A stretch of DNA of 64,000 nucleotides from Actinomycetota bacterium. Lineage in GTDB: Bacteria; Actinomycetota; CADDZG01; WHSQ01. Positions within the stretch are counted from its first letter, which is position 1. Each line of letters starts with the position of its first letter. Of the stretch, positions 44,473 through 55,079 are shown one piece after another. Made by a program: the position numbers and the translations under genes. Under the pieces are notes generated by a model that saw only the letters and a program-made list of their open reading frames with translations, had not been told where the DNA came from and made no database searches. The DNA is taken from NCBI GenBank assembly GCA_034667545.1, contig JAXDJR010000015.1, positions 2,850 to 66,849 on the forward strand, in the 5' to 3' direction.

Positions 44473-45434
44473 CGAGCTTCGGAGTAGAGCCGGTAAGCCT
44501 CGACGATGTCTTGAACGATCTTATGTCGCACGACGTCGCGTGCATCCAGATGCATAAAGGACACACCTGGGATGTCGTTGAGTATCTGCTCGACCACGAC
44601 TAATCCTGAACGCGCCCCCTGGGGCAGATCGACCTGCGTCACGTCACCTGTGACCACGGCGCGCGACCCGAAGCCGAGCCGCGTCAGGAACATCTTCATC
44701 TGCTCGGGCGTGGTGTTCTGAGCCTCGTCAAGGATGATGAAGGCATCGTTGAGCGTGCGGCCCCTCATGAATGCGAGCGGAGCTATCTCGACGGTCCCCT
44801 GTTCCACGTAGCGGTGGAAGGTATCGGGGTCGAGCATCTCGTAGAGCGCGTCGTACAGAGGTTTGAGATAGGGATCGATCTTCGCGGCCAGGTCGCCGGG
44901 CAGGAACCCGAGCCGTTCGCCGGCCTCGACAGCGGGGCGCGTGAGCACGATGCGAGATACCAACTTGGCGCGCAAAGCTTGGATGGCCATGGCGACGGCC
45001 AGGTAAGTCTTGCCGCTTCCCGCCGGCCCGATACCGAAAACGATCGTGTTGTTGCGGATGCAGTCGACATACCTCTTCTGCCCACTTGTCTTGGGGCGGA
45101 TCGGCTTTCCGGCCTGCGTGACTATTACGGTGTCTCCCAGGATCTGTGATGGGGTGCCCTCGGTTCCGTTCTTGATGATGTCGATCGAGCGGTGCACCGA
45201 TTCGCTGGTGAGGACGTGGCCTTGTTCGAGAAGGCTCAGAAGTTCCTCGAAGAGCTTCGAGACGCGTTGGGTTTCGACCGCATTGCCAGATAGGGCGATC
45301 TCGTTGCCCCGAACCAGGATCTTGGTGTCGAATGCCGCTTCGATGAGCTTTAGAAGCTCGTCCCTGGCACCCACCAGGGCAACCATGTCCTGATTGCCGG
45401 GGACGAGGATCTTCACCTGAGTATTGGTAAGCAT
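44469..45434 (-). CDS. phoH: PhoH-family ATPase
   Basis: Walker A GPAGSGKTYLAVAMA and Walker B FIILDEAQN. Confidence 0.9.
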   Translation of the reverse strand: MLTNTQVKILVPGNQDMVALVGARDELLKLIEAAFDTKILVRGNEIALSGNAVETQRVSKLFEELLSLLEQGHVLTSESVHRSIDIIKNGTEGTPSQILGDTVIVTQAGKPIRPKTSGQKRYVDCIRNNTIVFGIGPAGSGKTYLAVAMAIQALRAKLVSRIVLTRPAVEAGERLGFLPGDLAAKIDPYLKPLYDALYEMLDPDTFHRYVEQGTVEIAPLAFMRGRTLNDAFIILDEAQNTTPEQMKMFLTRLGFGSRAVVTGDVTQVDLPQGARSGLVVVEQILNDIPGVSFMHLDARDVVRHKIVQDIVEAYRLYSEAR

Positions 45435-45515
45435 GTATGCCTTCAGAAGTTTAAGGCTTCGAGGGTCGCTTGGGGCCTGATTGGGGCGACCAGGCGCTCG
45501 ACGGAGCCGGGATTG

Positions 45516-45860
45516 CTAGCCCGGGGGCCAGGCCATGCTCCGGCCCCCCAGCAGGTGGAAGTGAAGGTGATCGACGGTCTGGCCGCCATCCGGACCGATG
45601 TTCGTGACTATGCGGTAGCCGCTCTCCAAACCCTCGTCGCTGGCGATCGAAACCATGAGCTCCAACATCTCGGCCAGGATCGCCGTGTCACCGGCCCCCA
45701 GTTCTCTCACCGACGCGATGTGGTGCTTGGGGATCACCAAGATGTGTGTCGGCGCCACCGGGGCGATGTCTCTGAACGCCAGGACGCGTGGCGATTCCGC
45801 CACTATGTCCGCATCGATCTCCCGCGCGGCGATCTTGCAGAAGAGGCAATCGTTAGTCAC
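45516..45860 (-). CDS. HIT-family nucleotide hydrolase/transferase
   Basis: CLFCKI zinc-like motif and histidine triad HLHFHLLGG. Confidence 0.9.
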   Translation of the reverse strand: MTNDCLFCKIAAREIDADIVAESPRVLAFRDIAPVAPTHILVIPKHHIASVRELGAGDTAILAEMLELMVSIASDEGLESGYRIVTNIGPDGGQTVDHLHFHLLGGRSMAWPPG

Positions 45861-45861
45861 G

Positions 45862-47157
45862 CTAAGTCCTCACCTCGAGCAGCTCGGCTCCTCTTATCCC
45901 GTCGGCGCGGATCTCATGGCCTCTTACCATCGCCAGCCTGCCGAGGAGACCGCATCCTTCGAACCACAGCCGCACGTAGTCATCGGTCTGCCCCGAGCAC
46001 ACGCTCACCCCTTCCACCTCACGTTCGTCTTCCACCAATACTTCTAAAGGTCTGCCCAAGTGGTCTTCCAGAAAGCGCCGCCTGATCGTGTTGCCGAGGT
46101 CGATGAGGCGCTTCGAACGCTGCTTCTTTATATCGGGCCCGACCGTGTCGGGCATGGCCGCAGCCTCGGTATCGGGACGAGGTGAGTACCTGAATACGTG
46201 CAGCTTCGAGAAGCGGAGGCGTGCAACGACATCCATGGTTGCCGAGAAGGCCTCCTCCGTCTCGGTCGGAAAGCCGACGATGACGTCCGTTGCCAGCGCC
46301 AGGCCGGGGATAACCGCGCAGGCTCTTTCGATCGCGCTCACATAGTCATCTATCCGGTAGGGGCGGTTCATGTCCGCCAGGACGGCGTCATCGCCCGACT
46401 GCATCGGGACATGCAGATAACGGCACATACGTGGCTCCTGAGCCATGAACGAGACGACTTCGTCCGTCAGATGGCGCGAAAGGATGGACGACAGCCGGAT
46501 CCGGAGGACGCCTGGGATGCCCAACAGTCTCTCGAAGAGACGGACCAAGCTGCGTTCGTCGCCTCCGTGGTCGTAGGTGTACTTGCCGAGATGGACCCCC
46601 GTTAGGACGAGCTCGCGTGTGCCCGCAGCGACTCGGCGGCGAGCTTCGGCGACGAGATCGTCTTCGTTCATTGAGCGAAGCGGGCCGCGCGTCGTCGGGA
46701 TGATGCAGAAACTGCACCACTCATCACAACCCGTCTGGGCCTTGAGGTTGGCGCGCACCTTCGGTGCTACCAGCGCTGTGGGAGCCACGCGTCCGATCTG
46801 CAGCAAGGGGCGGATCTCCGCGTGGCCCGCCAGAACGTCCCCGATGCGCTCCTTGTCGTAGTTATCGACGATGACGTCGACGCCATCTATCGCCTCAACC
46901 TCGTCGCGGTCCGAGACTGCGTAGCAACCGGCCACCACGACCCTGGCTCCGGGATGGGTCTTGATCGCCCTGCGGATCGCCATCCGAGAGGCTTTGGTCG
47001 CCTCGCGCGTAACCGTGCACGTGTTGATGACTACGAGCTGAGGCTCTTCGCCCTCGGCAGGGGCGCCGACGCCCCGAGCCGCCAGTTGCTCCGCCATGGC
47101 GTCGGACTCCGCCTGGTTCAACCTGCAGCCAAGGGTGGTGAAGAGAGCAGAGGACAT
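45862..47157 (-). CDS. mtaB: Radical-SAM methylthiotransferase, MiaB family (MtaB-like by operon context)
   Basis: N-terminal UPF0004 segment TLGCRLNQAESD, radical-SAM cluster CDEWCSFC, and a C-terminal TRAM-like region. It sits in a dnaJ-rsmE-mtaB order as in Firmicutes. ATG 47157 is preferred over GTG 47193. Confidence 0.8.
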   Translation of the reverse strand: MSSALFTTLGCRLNQAESDAMAEQLAARGVGAPAEGEEPQLVVINTCTVTREATKASRMAIRRAIKTHPGARVVVAGCYAVSDRDEVEAIDGVDVIVDNYDKERIGDVLAGHAEIRPLLQIGRVAPTALVAPKVRANLKAQTGCDEWCSFCIIPTTRGPLRSMNEDDLVAEARRRVAAGTRELVLTGVHLGKYTYDHGGDERSLVRLFERLLGIPGVLRIRLSSILSRHLTDEVVSFMAQEPRMCRYLHVPMQSGDDAVLADMNRPYRIDDYVSAIERACAVIPGLALATDVIVGFPTETEEAFSATMDVVARLRFSKLHVFRYSPRPDTEAAAMPDTVGPDIKKQRSKRLIDLGNTIRRRFLEDHLGRPLEVLVEDEREVEGVSVCSGQTDDYVRLWFEGCGLLGRLAMVRGHEIRADGIRGAELLEVRT

Positions 47158-47168
47158 GCGCGGGGACG

Positions 47169-47906
47169 CTATCCGATGAGGCGGTAGTGCCACAGCAACG
47201 CCGCCGTGGCCGCCACGGACGCCATCTCGGTGCGAAAGATGCGGGGGCCGAGCGATACGAGAGCAGCACCCGCGGCCGCAAGAGCTTCGGCCTCCTCGGC
47301 CGCGAATCCGCCCTCAGGGCCGACGACCACCGCTATCCGCTCGGCCGTCGCCGGCAGAGCGTCTCGCAGCCCGGTGGAAGCATCCTCCCACAGGGTCACA
47401 ACGAAAGGCTCCTTTCCGATGCGATCCAGCATCTCCGGCCAGGTCATCGAGGGCCCCGTGCGCATGACGAACGGGTTGCGAGATTGCTTCGCTGCAGCTC
47501 GCGCCCTTCCGTGCCAGCGCGCGGCGAGTTGTGCAACCTTGGCACCCCGCCAGCGGACCACGGTACGCATCGATTCGAACACGCGCAGTTCCGCGATCCC
47601 CAGCTCGGCCGATCGCACGACGATGTCGTCGAGCTTCGCACCCTTAGGCGCGGCTTGGTAGAGAGCGATCTCGGGCCAGGGGCGTGGCTCGGTTCGCTTG
47701 TCGATGATCGAGGCTACGAGGCGGCCATCCTTGACGCCGTCCATCGCACAGCGAGCGACGGTCCCATTACCGTCGAACACGCAGATCGTCTCTGTGGGCG
47801 AGACCCGGAGCACGTGAAGGGCGTGGTGGGTCTCCTCGACGCTGAGCAGGACGCGATCGGAAAGCCAATCACCTTCGGGTGCCATGAACCAAGCGCTCCC
47901 GCTCAC
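47169..47906 (-). CDS. rsmE: 16S rRNA (uracil1498-N3)-methyltransferase
   Basis: PUA-like N-domain with HHALHVLRV and a SPOUT C-domain (VVVGPEGGFAAEE). Confidence 0.85.
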   Translation of the reverse strand: MSGSAWFMAPEGDWLSDRVLLSVEETHHALHVLRVSPTETICVFDGNGTVARCAMDGVKDGRLVASIIDKRTEPRPWPEIALYQAAPKGAKLDDIVVRSAELGIAELRVFESMRTVVRWRGAKVAQLAARWHGRARAAAKQSRNPFVMRTGPSMTWPEMLDRIGKEPFVVTLWEDASTGLRDALPATAERIAVVVGPEGGFAAEEAEALAAAGAALVSLGPRIFRTEMASVAATAALLWHYRLIG

Positions 47907-47968
47907 GGGGCTCTTCGGCTAGCGGGCGTCGATGCCGGCTGGCCGGGCTGCTGCAATCGCGCTCTCTG

Positions 47969-49045
47969 TCACTGGAACGCGTCTTTGATCTTGTGCAGGA
48001 AGCCTTTCTCAGCGACCTCTTCATCGCGAAGGTTCGCGAACCGGCGCAGAAGCTCTTCCTGTTCGGGATCGAGGCGCCGAGGGGTCTCGACCTTTACGAG
48101 GGCGACTAGATCCCCGCGCCCTCGTCCGCGAAGACGCGGCATCCCCATCCCTCGCAGAGTTATCACCTCGCCGGATTGCGTACCGGCCTGGATCTCCACC
48201 AGCTCAGATTCCTCCAGGGTCGGTATAAAGATCTCTCCCCCCAGTGCAGCAGTCGACATCGGCACGGTCACCTCGCATCCCAGATCGTCGCCCACCCTCC
48301 GGAAGATGTCGTGCGGTGCGACGCGGATCAGGACGTAGAGGTCTCCCGACCGGCCCCCTCGGACACCGGCCTGACCACGCCCCGTCACCCTCAGTTGCGC
48401 CCCGTCGTCAACACCTGGAGGGATCGACAGCGTCAGGGTCTCGGTCCCCTCGATCCGGCCCGCTCCCCCACATACGGGACACGGCGTAGCGATCTCCTCG
48501 CCACTCCCCTGGCACCGTCCGCAGGTGGTTGCCGTCATGACGTTGCCGAACACCGTTCGGCGCACCTGTCGAACCTCACCAGTGCCCCCGCACATGCTGC
48601 AGCGGCTGGGGAACGTTCCGGGGGCCGCCCCGGTCCCCGCACAATCGGGGCATTCCGAGAGCGTCTGGATCTCAACATCTCGCTCGATCCCGAGGGCGGC
48701 CTCCTCGAGGGTGATCTCAACCTCAGCAACTACGTCTGCGCCACGGTTGGATCCGCGCGCCCCCGACGCGCTGCCGCCGAAGAACGACGAGAAAAGATCG
48801 GAGATGTCGCCGAACCCCCCGAAGCCCGGAGCGCCTCGCTCGTCTCCGAACATGTCGTAGCGCTGTCTCTTTTCGGGATCAGATAGGACCTCGTAGGCCC
48901 GGGTGATGTCCTTGAAGCGCTCCTCGGCGCCGGGATCGCTGCTCGCGTCGGGATGATGCTGGCGCGCCAGCCGCCGGTAGACGCGCTTGATTTCCTCAGC
49001 CGATGCGCTTCTAGTCACGCCGAGCGTCTCGTAGGGATCGGGCAT
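47969..49045 (-). CDS. dnaJ: Molecular chaperone DnaJ
   Basis: J-domain with HPD, a G/F-rich linker, and four CxxCxGxG repeats (CPDCAGTG, CSMCGGTG, CGRCQGSG, CPVCGGAG). ATG 49045 lies 2 nt after the hrcA stop. Confidence 0.95.
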   Translation of the reverse strand: MPDPYETLGVTRSASAEEIKRVYRRLARQHHPDASSDPGAEERFKDITRAYEVLSDPEKRQRYDMFGDERGAPGFGGFGDISDLFSSFFGGSASGARGSNRGADVVAEVEITLEEAALGIERDVEIQTLSECPDCAGTGAAPGTFPSRCSMCGGTGEVRQVRRTVFGNVMTATTCGRCQGSGEEIATPCPVCGGAGRIEGTETLTLSIPPGVDDGAQLRVTGRGQAGVRGGRSGDLYVLIRVAPHDIFRRVGDDLGCEVTVPMSTAALGGEIFIPTLEESELVEIQAGTQSGEVITLRGMGMPRLRGRGRGDLVALVKVETPRRLDPEQEELLRRFANLRDEEVAEKGFLHKIKDAFQ

Positions 49046-49047
49046 CG

Positions 49048-50091
49048 CTAACGCTTTCCAGTCAGCATGCGGCCCAGATTCCCGGCGACCTCCCACACCG
49101 CGGCGATGATGCGGCGGTAGTCCATCCTCGTCGGCCCCACCACCCCGAGCGACCCGATCGCTCTGTCCTCGGTTCCATAGGGAGCCGTAACAACCGAGCA
49201 CGCCTGCATCTCTTGAACCTGGTTCTCTGTTCCGATCCGCACCGAGACGTTTGGTTCCCCAAGGGACTCGGCAAGCATCTCCAGCACCACTCGGCGATGC
49301 TCCAGCGCGCCGACGACCTGCTTGACGGTCTCGAGATCGGGGAATTTACCCCCGTCGACCATCGTCGAAGTTCCCTCCAGAAAGACCCGTTCGGCCTCGC
49401 GCTGGGAGGTCTCTTGGGCGAGTCCGGCAGCGACGCGGGCGGCAACCGGGCGCAGATCGGGAGGCAAGGTAGCGAGTGAATCTGCTATCACTCTCGCCGA
49501 CCCTTCGAGCTCAACACCGACCACGAGGCGCTTCAGAGCGCCGGCGGCGCGATCCAGCTCGGGTTGCGTCAAGGACTCATCGACAAGAACCACGTAGTTC
49601 TGCACCCGGCCCATATCGGTCACCACGAGCACCATGGCGCGTCCTGCGATCAATCCCACCAGCTCGAGGTCTCGCACGATGCTGCGGTCCACCGCAGGCG
49701 CGAAGACAACGGCGGCGTGATCGGTGAGGGCCGACAACAGCGAGGCAGTCTGACGCAAAGCATCTTCGAACTCCCAGCGGGGCTCGACGAAGAAGCGCCG
49801 AATCCTGAGTGCGTCCCCCGCAGAGAGGCGGGCCCCCGTGGTGTTGGAATCCACGAAGTGGCGGTAGCCCACATCTGTAGGGATCCGGCCGGCCGAGGTG
49901 TGGGGTTGAAAGATGAAGCCCCCTTCCTCGAGGAGACCCATCTCGTGACGGGCAGTGGCCGGGGAGATGCCGAGCTTGAAGCGCTCGACGAGGGTCTTGG
50001 ACCCCACCGGCTCACCGGTCGTGACGTAATGGGACACGAGGGCGTGCAGGATCGCGGACTTTCTTTCGTCCAGAGGAGCGTTATCGACCAT
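49048..50091 (-). CDS. hrcA: Heat-inducible transcription repressor HrcA
   Basis: N-terminal winged helix LDERKSAILHALVSHYVTTGEPVGSKTL. A CIRCE element sits 22 nt upstream of ATG 50091. Confidence 0.9.
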   Translation of the reverse strand: MVDNAPLDERKSAILHALVSHYVTTGEPVGSKTLVERFKLGISPATARHEMGLLEEGGFIFQPHTSAGRIPTDVGYRHFVDSNTTGARLSAGDALRIRRFFVEPRWEFEDALRQTASLLSALTDHAAVVFAPAVDRSIVRDLELVGLIAGRAMVLVVTDMGRVQNYVVLVDESLTQPELDRAAGALKRLVVGVELEGSARVIADSLATLPPDLRPVAARVAAGLAQETSQREAERVFLEGTSTMVDGGKFPDLETVKQVVGALEHRRVVLEMLAESLGEPNVSVRIGTENQVQEMQACSVVTAPYGTEDRAIGSLGVVGPTRMDYRRIIAAVWEVAGNLGRMLTGKR

Positions 50092-50112
50092 GGGCTGACG
50101 ATGGTACCCCGG

Positions 50113-50139
50113 CTGGCACTCTCCGACGGGGAGTGCTAA
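50113..50139 (-). promoter_or_regulatory. CIRCE operator (HrcA binding site)
   Basis: The minus strand reads TTAGCACTC-N9-GAGTGCCAG against the consensus TTAGCACTC-N9-GAGTGCTAA. Confidence 0.85.
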
Positions 50140-50205
50140 CCGGTCCCCCACGCATCTGGGCAGGCATCCGGCGGTGCGCCGGGCTCAAAAATCCTCTCGC
50201 CGGCG

Positions 50206-50502
50206 CTAGCCGAGCGTGCCGCTCAGGAGGATCTCGTGGTCCCGGCCCCCGCACACCGGGCAACAGGGCAGCCTGCCCGTGCTCAGCTCGGACGAACACC
50301 GGGGGCACAATCCCCTCACCTCGAGCAGCGTCCGGCCGTCGGATACGTCTCCGTCCACAGCCAGGATGGTTCCCGAGACGGGCTCTACGTGGACGACGTG
50401 GTCACGTTCGCATCTGTACTCATCGGCGTCCTGGAAAGAGCCCCAGCGAGAGGTGAAAGTAAGACCGCAATCGCGACAGGTGAGATTCCCGAGGTAAGCC
50501 AC
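50206..50502 (-). CDS. Hypothetical zinc-ribbon protein (~98 aa)
   Basis: The C-terminal part of the 315-aa track ORF does not overlap the HD-GYP gene. Cys pairs are CRDC...C, CPRC and CCPVC. GTG 50502 is proposed as start, with no strong RBS. Confidence 0.45.
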   Translation of the reverse strand: MAYLGNLTCRDCGLTFTSRWGSFQDADEYRCERDHVVHVEPVSGTILAVDGDVSDGRTLLEVRGLCPRCSSELSTGRLPCCPVCGGRDHEILLSGTLG

Positions 50503-50534
50503 CCCGCGATGATGGCACGGCGTTTCCGGGTTGC

Positions 50535-51734
50535 CTAGTTGGCGTAACGGACGAGCTTTTCCTCGAGATCCTCGTCGCCAACCTTGGTGAGCATCTCCAC
50601 CAGCAACCTGGCGCACATGGGATCGAACTGGGTACCGGTACAGCGCAGGATCTCGTCGACGGCTTCCGCGACGGGCACTCCTGCTCGGTAGGGCCTGTCG
50701 GAGACCATCGCGTCGAAGGTGTCGCAGACGGCGACCATTCTCGCCCCCAAGGGGATCTCCTCTTTGGCGAGACCATCGGGGTAGCCACCGCCGTCCCAGC
50801 GCTCGTGATGATGCCGGATGATGGGCAGGGCCGGCGCCAAGAACTCGATCGGTCTCAGCATGCGCTCTCCGATCGTGGGGTGACGACGCATGATCTGCCA
50901 TTCGGTTTCGCAAAGGGAAGCGGGCTTGAGCAAGATCGAGTCCGGCACGCCGATCTTGCCGACGTCGTGCAGGATCGAACCGAGCCTCAGAGAGCGGCGG
51001 AACTCTGGGGACAGATGCATCGCCGAGGCGAGCCCTAACACCAGATCGGGGATCCGCTTGGCGTGGGCGTTCGTGTCCGGGTTTCGGGCTTCGAGAGCCG
51101 ACACCATCGTCTCGATCGTGGTCGTGTAGTGCGATTCCAACTTGGAGGCCCATCGGATGTTGGAATAGGAGTTCATCGCGAACCGCGCCAGGACCTCGAT
51201 CTGCCGGTGATCCTCTATCCGAAAGGGCCGCTGGTCGAGGCGATAAGCCTCGACGATGCCGATGGCCGTCCCGTCGACTACGAGCGCCGACAGGATGACC
51301 TGCGAGAACCCCAGCTCTTGCAGGAATCCGGTCTCGCTCGAGTCCGCATGAGGGTCAGAGAGAGAAACCATCGAGCTCCGCTTCGTATCGATGACCGCTC
51401 TCGTGAGAGGGTAGTCGTCCAGCCGGTATTCGCCGGCGATGTCGTTGAGCTGGGCCGGCGGCACCACGCTGGCGGAGACGTCCCTAAGCGTTTCCCCGTC
51501 TTCGTCCAAGATCGAGACAAGGCACGCGTCAGCTTTCACCGCGTTGACGGTGGCGCGCGCGAGACCAGCGTAGAGGTCCCTGAGGTCGGTGGCGTCCTGC
51601 ATCGGCTCAAGGTCGACAAGGACGTCTGAAAGCGACCGGTCGTTGCGAGCAACGTACTGGATCAGGTCGTCACGACGAGGGCCCCTGCGGGCCTCTGCTA
51701 CCGAAAGATGTTTCATTAGGCCCGTTATCGACAC
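50535..51734 (-). CDS. GAF-domain HD-GYP phosphohydrolase (putative c-di-GMP phosphodiesterase)
   Basis: HD motif HDVGKIGVP and HHERWDGGGYPDGL. The N-terminal region is GAF-like. Confidence 0.85.
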   Translation of the reverse strand: MSITGLMKHLSVAEARRGPRRDDLIQYVARNDRSLSDVLVDLEPMQDATDLRDLYAGLARATVNAVKADACLVSILDEDGETLRDVSASVVPPAQLNDIAGEYRLDDYPLTRAVIDTKRSSMVSLSDPHADSSETGFLQELGFSQVILSALVVDGTAIGIVEAYRLDQRPFRIEDHRQIEVLARFAMNSYSNIRWASKLESHYTTTIETMVSALEARNPDTNAHAKRIPDLVLGLASAMHLSPEFRRSLRLGSILHDVGKIGVPDSILLKPASLCETEWQIMRRHPTIGERMLRPIEFLAPALPIIRHHHERWDGGGYPDGLAKEEIPLGARMVAVCDTFDAMVSDRPYRAGVPVAEAVDEILRCTGTQFDPMCARLLVEMLTKVGDEDLEEKLVRYAN

Positions 51735-51749
51735 CGGGGGCCAGGGCCT

Positions 51750-52922
51750 TTAGACGAGGCGGCAGAGCACCTCGTTGGCGATCAGCGTCGCGTGGCCGGC
51801 TAGCCGGAGCCATCCCTCCGCACGGCTCACCAGGCCCAGATTCTCGAGCTCCTCGAGGACCCCGGCGCGAGAGTCGGACAGGTCACCGAAGCGGCGATAA
51901 AAGCCCGCCAGATTCACTCCCGAGGTCAGTCGAAGGCCAAGCATCAGGGCTTCTCCCGCTCGGTGATCTGCTTCCAGGCTCTCGGCTCCCTCCTCCGTGA
52001 AGCCCCCATCGTCCGCCACAGCGATGAAGTCCCGAGGCAAACGGATCGCCCATGAGCGGCGTCCATCGAGGTGCCCGTGCGCGCCCGCCCCGAAGCCAAG
52101 GTAGTTGCCGGCCGACCAGTAGAGGACGTTGTGGCGGGAAGCCCGGCCCGGGCGCGCCCAGTTCGATATCTCATATCGACCGTAGCCCGCCGCGGTAAGG
52201 AGCTCACCGGCCGCCTCGTAGCGGTTTGCCTGGATATCCGGATCGACGTCCGGGGCTCGCCCGGTCCGAACCAAGGTCGCCAGCGGAGTCCCCTCTTCCA
52301 CCGTCAAGGCGTACGCCGAGATGTGATCGGGCAGCTCCGCAAGGACTCCCTCCAGCGACGATCGCCAATCTTCGGGGCGCTCCCAGGGCGAGCCATAGAT
52401 CAAGTCTGCATTCACGTCCGCAACTCCTGCCCGGCGAGCCGCCCTCATCGCGTCGAGAGCTCGGTGCGCCGAATGTTCCCGCCCCAACGCCCGTAGCACG
52501 TGGGGGGCCAGCGACTGGATACCGATGGAGACCCGGCCGAATCCCGCCTCGAGGAGCGCTTCGAAGATGCCCTCGTCGACGGTTTCCGGGTTGGCCTCGA
52601 CCGTGATCTCGGCATGCTCTTCGATCCCGATCCGGTCGCGGACCGCCTGCAGGATGCGAGCCAAGGAGGGAGGAGGCAGCAGGGTCGGAGTGCCGCCTCC
52701 GAAGAAGACCGAGGTCGCGCGGGGAAAATCGCCTACGGCCCGCTCGATGTCGCGCACCAGGGCGACCACATAATCGGCGTGCAGAGCTTCTTGACCTTCG
52801 TAGGTGTTGAAGTCGCAGTAGTGGCACCGGTGGCGGCAGAAAGGGATGTGCACGTACACGCCGAACCCCGGATCTTCTAGCCAGGCCCCCGACCGCGTTG
52901 CCTCGGCCACTACCACGCTCAT
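51750..52922 (-). CDS. hemW: Radical-SAM heme chaperone HemW (HemN-like)
   Basis: [14 protein letters not shown] cluster motif. Position directly downstream of lepA is conserved. Confidence 0.9.
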   Translation of the reverse strand: MSVVVAEATRSGAWLEDPGFGVYVHIPFCRHRCHYCDFNTYEGQEALHADYVVALVRDIERAVGDFPRATSVFFGGGTPTLLPPPSLARILQAVRDRIGIEEHAEITVEANPETVDEGIFEALLEAGFGRVSIGIQSLAPHVLRALGREHSAHRALDAMRAARRAGVADVNADLIYGSPWERPEDWRSSLEGVLAELPDHISAYALTVEEGTPLATLVRTGRAPDVDPDIQANRYEAAGELLTAAGYGRYEISNWARPGRASRHNVLYWSAGNYLGFGAGAHGHLDGRRSWAIRLPRDFIAVADDGGFTEEGAESLEADHRAGEALMLGLRLTSGVNLAGFYRRFGDLSDSRAGVLEELENLGLVSRAEGWLRLAGHATLIANEVLCRLV

Positions 52923-54736
52923 TGTGCTTTCACTTCCTGGTCGAGGCGGAGCGCTTCGATGAAAGCTGATTGCGGGACCTCCACGGAGCCGATCTGTTTC
53001 ATCCGGCGTTTACCTTCCTTCTGTTTTTCGAGCAACTTACGTTTGCGGGTGATGTCGCCCCCATAGCACTTCGCAAGAACGTCCTTGCGTTTCGCCTTCA
53101 CCGTTTCCCGCGCGATGACCCGGGAGCCGATCGCCGCTTGGATCGGCACGTCGAAGAACTGACGCGGGATCAACTTGCGCAATCGCTCCGTCATCGTCTT
53201 GCCGTAGGCATAAGCCTTGTCCCGATGCACGATCGTCGAGAACGCATCGACGGGCTGCTGGTTGAGCAACACATCAACTTTCACGAGGTTCGCGGGATGC
53301 ATCCCCACGGGTTCGTAGTCCAAGGAGGCATAGCCCTTCGTTCGACTCTTGAGTTGGTCGAAGAAGTCGAAGATGATCTCGCCCAGAGGCGTGTGATACC
53401 TGAGCTCGACACGTTCCGGCGACAGGTAATGCATCTCTTTCAGCTCACCCCGACGCTCCTGGCAGAGCTGCATGATTGTTCCCACGTATTCCGAGGGCGT
53501 CACCACCATGATCGAGACATATGGCTCCGAGATCTCGGTGATGGTTCCGGCATCCGGCATGTCGGTGGGGTTCCTGACGATGCGCCGGTCACCGTTGGAC
53601 AACTCGATCTCGTACGCAACCGAGGGGGCCGTAGCGATCAGTTCGAGGTCGAACTCACGCTCCAGACGCTCCCGGACGATCTCCATGTGCAGCAGACCCA
53701 AGAAGCCGCAGCGGAACCCGAATCCCAACGCACTCGACGACTCTGGCTCGTACACCAAGGCGGCGTCGTTGAGCTTCAGCTTTTCGAGAGCGTCGCGCAG
53801 CAGCGGGAAGTCGTCTCCTTCGACCGGATAGATGCCCGCAAACACCATCGGCTTCGGCTCTCGATAGCCCGAGAGAGCCTCGACGTCGGCACCGCGAGCC
53901 CTCGACGTCACGGTGTCTCCGACTTTCGCCAGCGCTACCTCCTTGATGCCGGCGATCAGGTAGCCAACCTCGCCGGTTGCCAGACTCTTTATCGGGGTTG
54001 CATCGGGGGCCATGATCCCGATCTCGTCGGCTTCAGCTTCGACGCCGGTGGCAAGGAAGCGGATCGGCTCTCGGGCGCGGATGGCGCCGTCGACGACACG
54101 GATGTAAGCAACCACGCCGCGGAAGATGTCGTAATAGGAATCGAACACGAGAGCCCGCAGCGGTGCACCCGGGTCACCGGAGGGGGGCGGGATCTGGTGG
54201 ACGATCGCCTCCAGCAGCTCGGCCACCCCCTCGCCGGTCTTGGCAGAGATCCGCAGGACGTCACTGGGATCGCAGCCGATGAGTCCCGCGATCTCCTGAC
54301 CATACTTCTCGGGTTGCGCAGCAGGGAGGTCGATCTTGTTGAGGACCGGGATGATCTCCAACCCGGCATCGACCGCCAGATAGAGGTTTGTCAAAGTCTG
54401 CGCTTCGATGCCCTGGGCGGCATCGACCAACAGCAGCACACCCTCGCACGCAGCGAGCGACCTCGATACCTCGTAGCCGAAATCGACATGACCCGGTGTG
54501 TCGATGAGATTGAGCTCGTAGACCTCTCCATCGGCCGCGCGGTATTCCATGCGAACTGCGGCCGCTTTGATCGTGATGCCCCGCTCCCGCTCCAGATCCA
54601 TGCGGTCGAGGTACTGCTCGCGCATATCCCTCTCGGAGACGGTGCCGGTCAATCCAAGGAGGCGATCGCTGAGCGTGCTCTTACCGTGATCCACGTGGCT
54701 GATAACGGCAAAGGCGCGCTGATGAGCTTGATCCAT
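52919..54736 (-). CDS. lepA: Translation elongation factor 4
   Basis: G-domain ([18 protein letters not shown]) and a LepA-specific C-terminal domain. Confidence 0.95.
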   Translation of the reverse strand: MDQAHQRAFAVISHVDHGKSTLSDRLLGLTGTVSERDMREQYLDRMDLERERGITIKAAAVRMEYRAADGEVYELNLIDTPGHVDFGYEVSRSLAACEGVLLLVDAAQGIEAQTLTNLYLAVDAGLEIIPVLNKIDLPAAQPEKYGQEIAGLIGCDPSDVLRISAKTGEGVAELLEAIVHQIPPPSGDPGAPLRALVFDSYYDIFRGVVAYIRVVDGAIRAREPIRFLATGVEAEADEIGIMAPDATPIKSLATGEVGYLIAGIKEVALAKVGDTVTSRARGADVEALSGYREPKPMVFAGIYPVEGDDFPLLRDALEKLKLNDAALVYEPESSSALGFGFRCGFLGLLHMEIVRERLEREFDLELIATAPSVAYEIELSNGDRRIVRNPTDMPDAGTITEISEPYVSIMVVTPSEYVGTIMQLCQERRGELKEMHYLSPERVELRYHTPLGEIIFDFFDQLKSRTKGYASLDYEPVGMHPANLVKVDVLLNQQPVDAFSTIVHRDKAYAYGKTMTERLRKLIPRQFFDVPIQAAIGSRVIARETVKAKRKDVLAKCYGGDITRKRKLLEKQKEGKRRMKQIGSVEVPQSAFIEALRLDQEVKAQ

Positions 54737-54806
54737 CTCGCTACGGTACTAAGCGGTCCTGCTATCCTGCGAGACCAAAGAGAGCAAGAGTAAAGGTGCT
54801 TTACGT

Positions 54807-55070
54807 ATGGCGAACATAAAGAGTCAGATCAAGAGGAACCTTCAGAACGAAGCGGCCCGCGTTCGCAACAAGGGCAAGCGCTCGTCCCTCAAGACCCAAG
54901 TAAAGCGTTTCCAAGAGGCTGTTGAAGCCGGGGACAAGGACGCAGCCCTGGAGGCCTACCGGGGCACGGCGCGGGCATTCGACAAGGCCGCCAGCGATGG
55001 CGTCATCCACAAGAACAAGGCAGCGAACAAGAAATCTCGTTTGGCTAAGCGACTCGCCTCGCTGGGCTAG
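54807..55070 (+). CDS. rpsT: 30S ribosomal protein S20
   Basis: [26 protein letters not shown]...[12 protein letters not shown] is the classic S20 sequence. Confidence 0.95.
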   Translation: MANIKSQIKRNLQNEAARVRNKGKRSSLKTQVKRFQEAVEAGDKDAALEAYRGTARAFDKAASDGVIHKNKAANKKSRLAKRLASLG

Positions 55071-55079
55071 CCTGTCGGG

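Noticed and set aside
50503-51153. Upstream two-thirds of the 315-aa minus-strand ORF 50206-51153
   Set aside because: It overlaps the GAF/HD-GYP gene in another frame and is Arg-rich with low complexity. Only the non-overlapping Cys-rich C-terminal part was kept, and with low confidence.
52970-54793. 607-aa ORF on the plus strand covering almost all of lepA
   Set aside because: It is antisense to an unmistakable LepA gene. Its Arg/Asp/His/Leu-rich, low-complexity translation is typical of stop-free reverse frames in GC-rich DNA.
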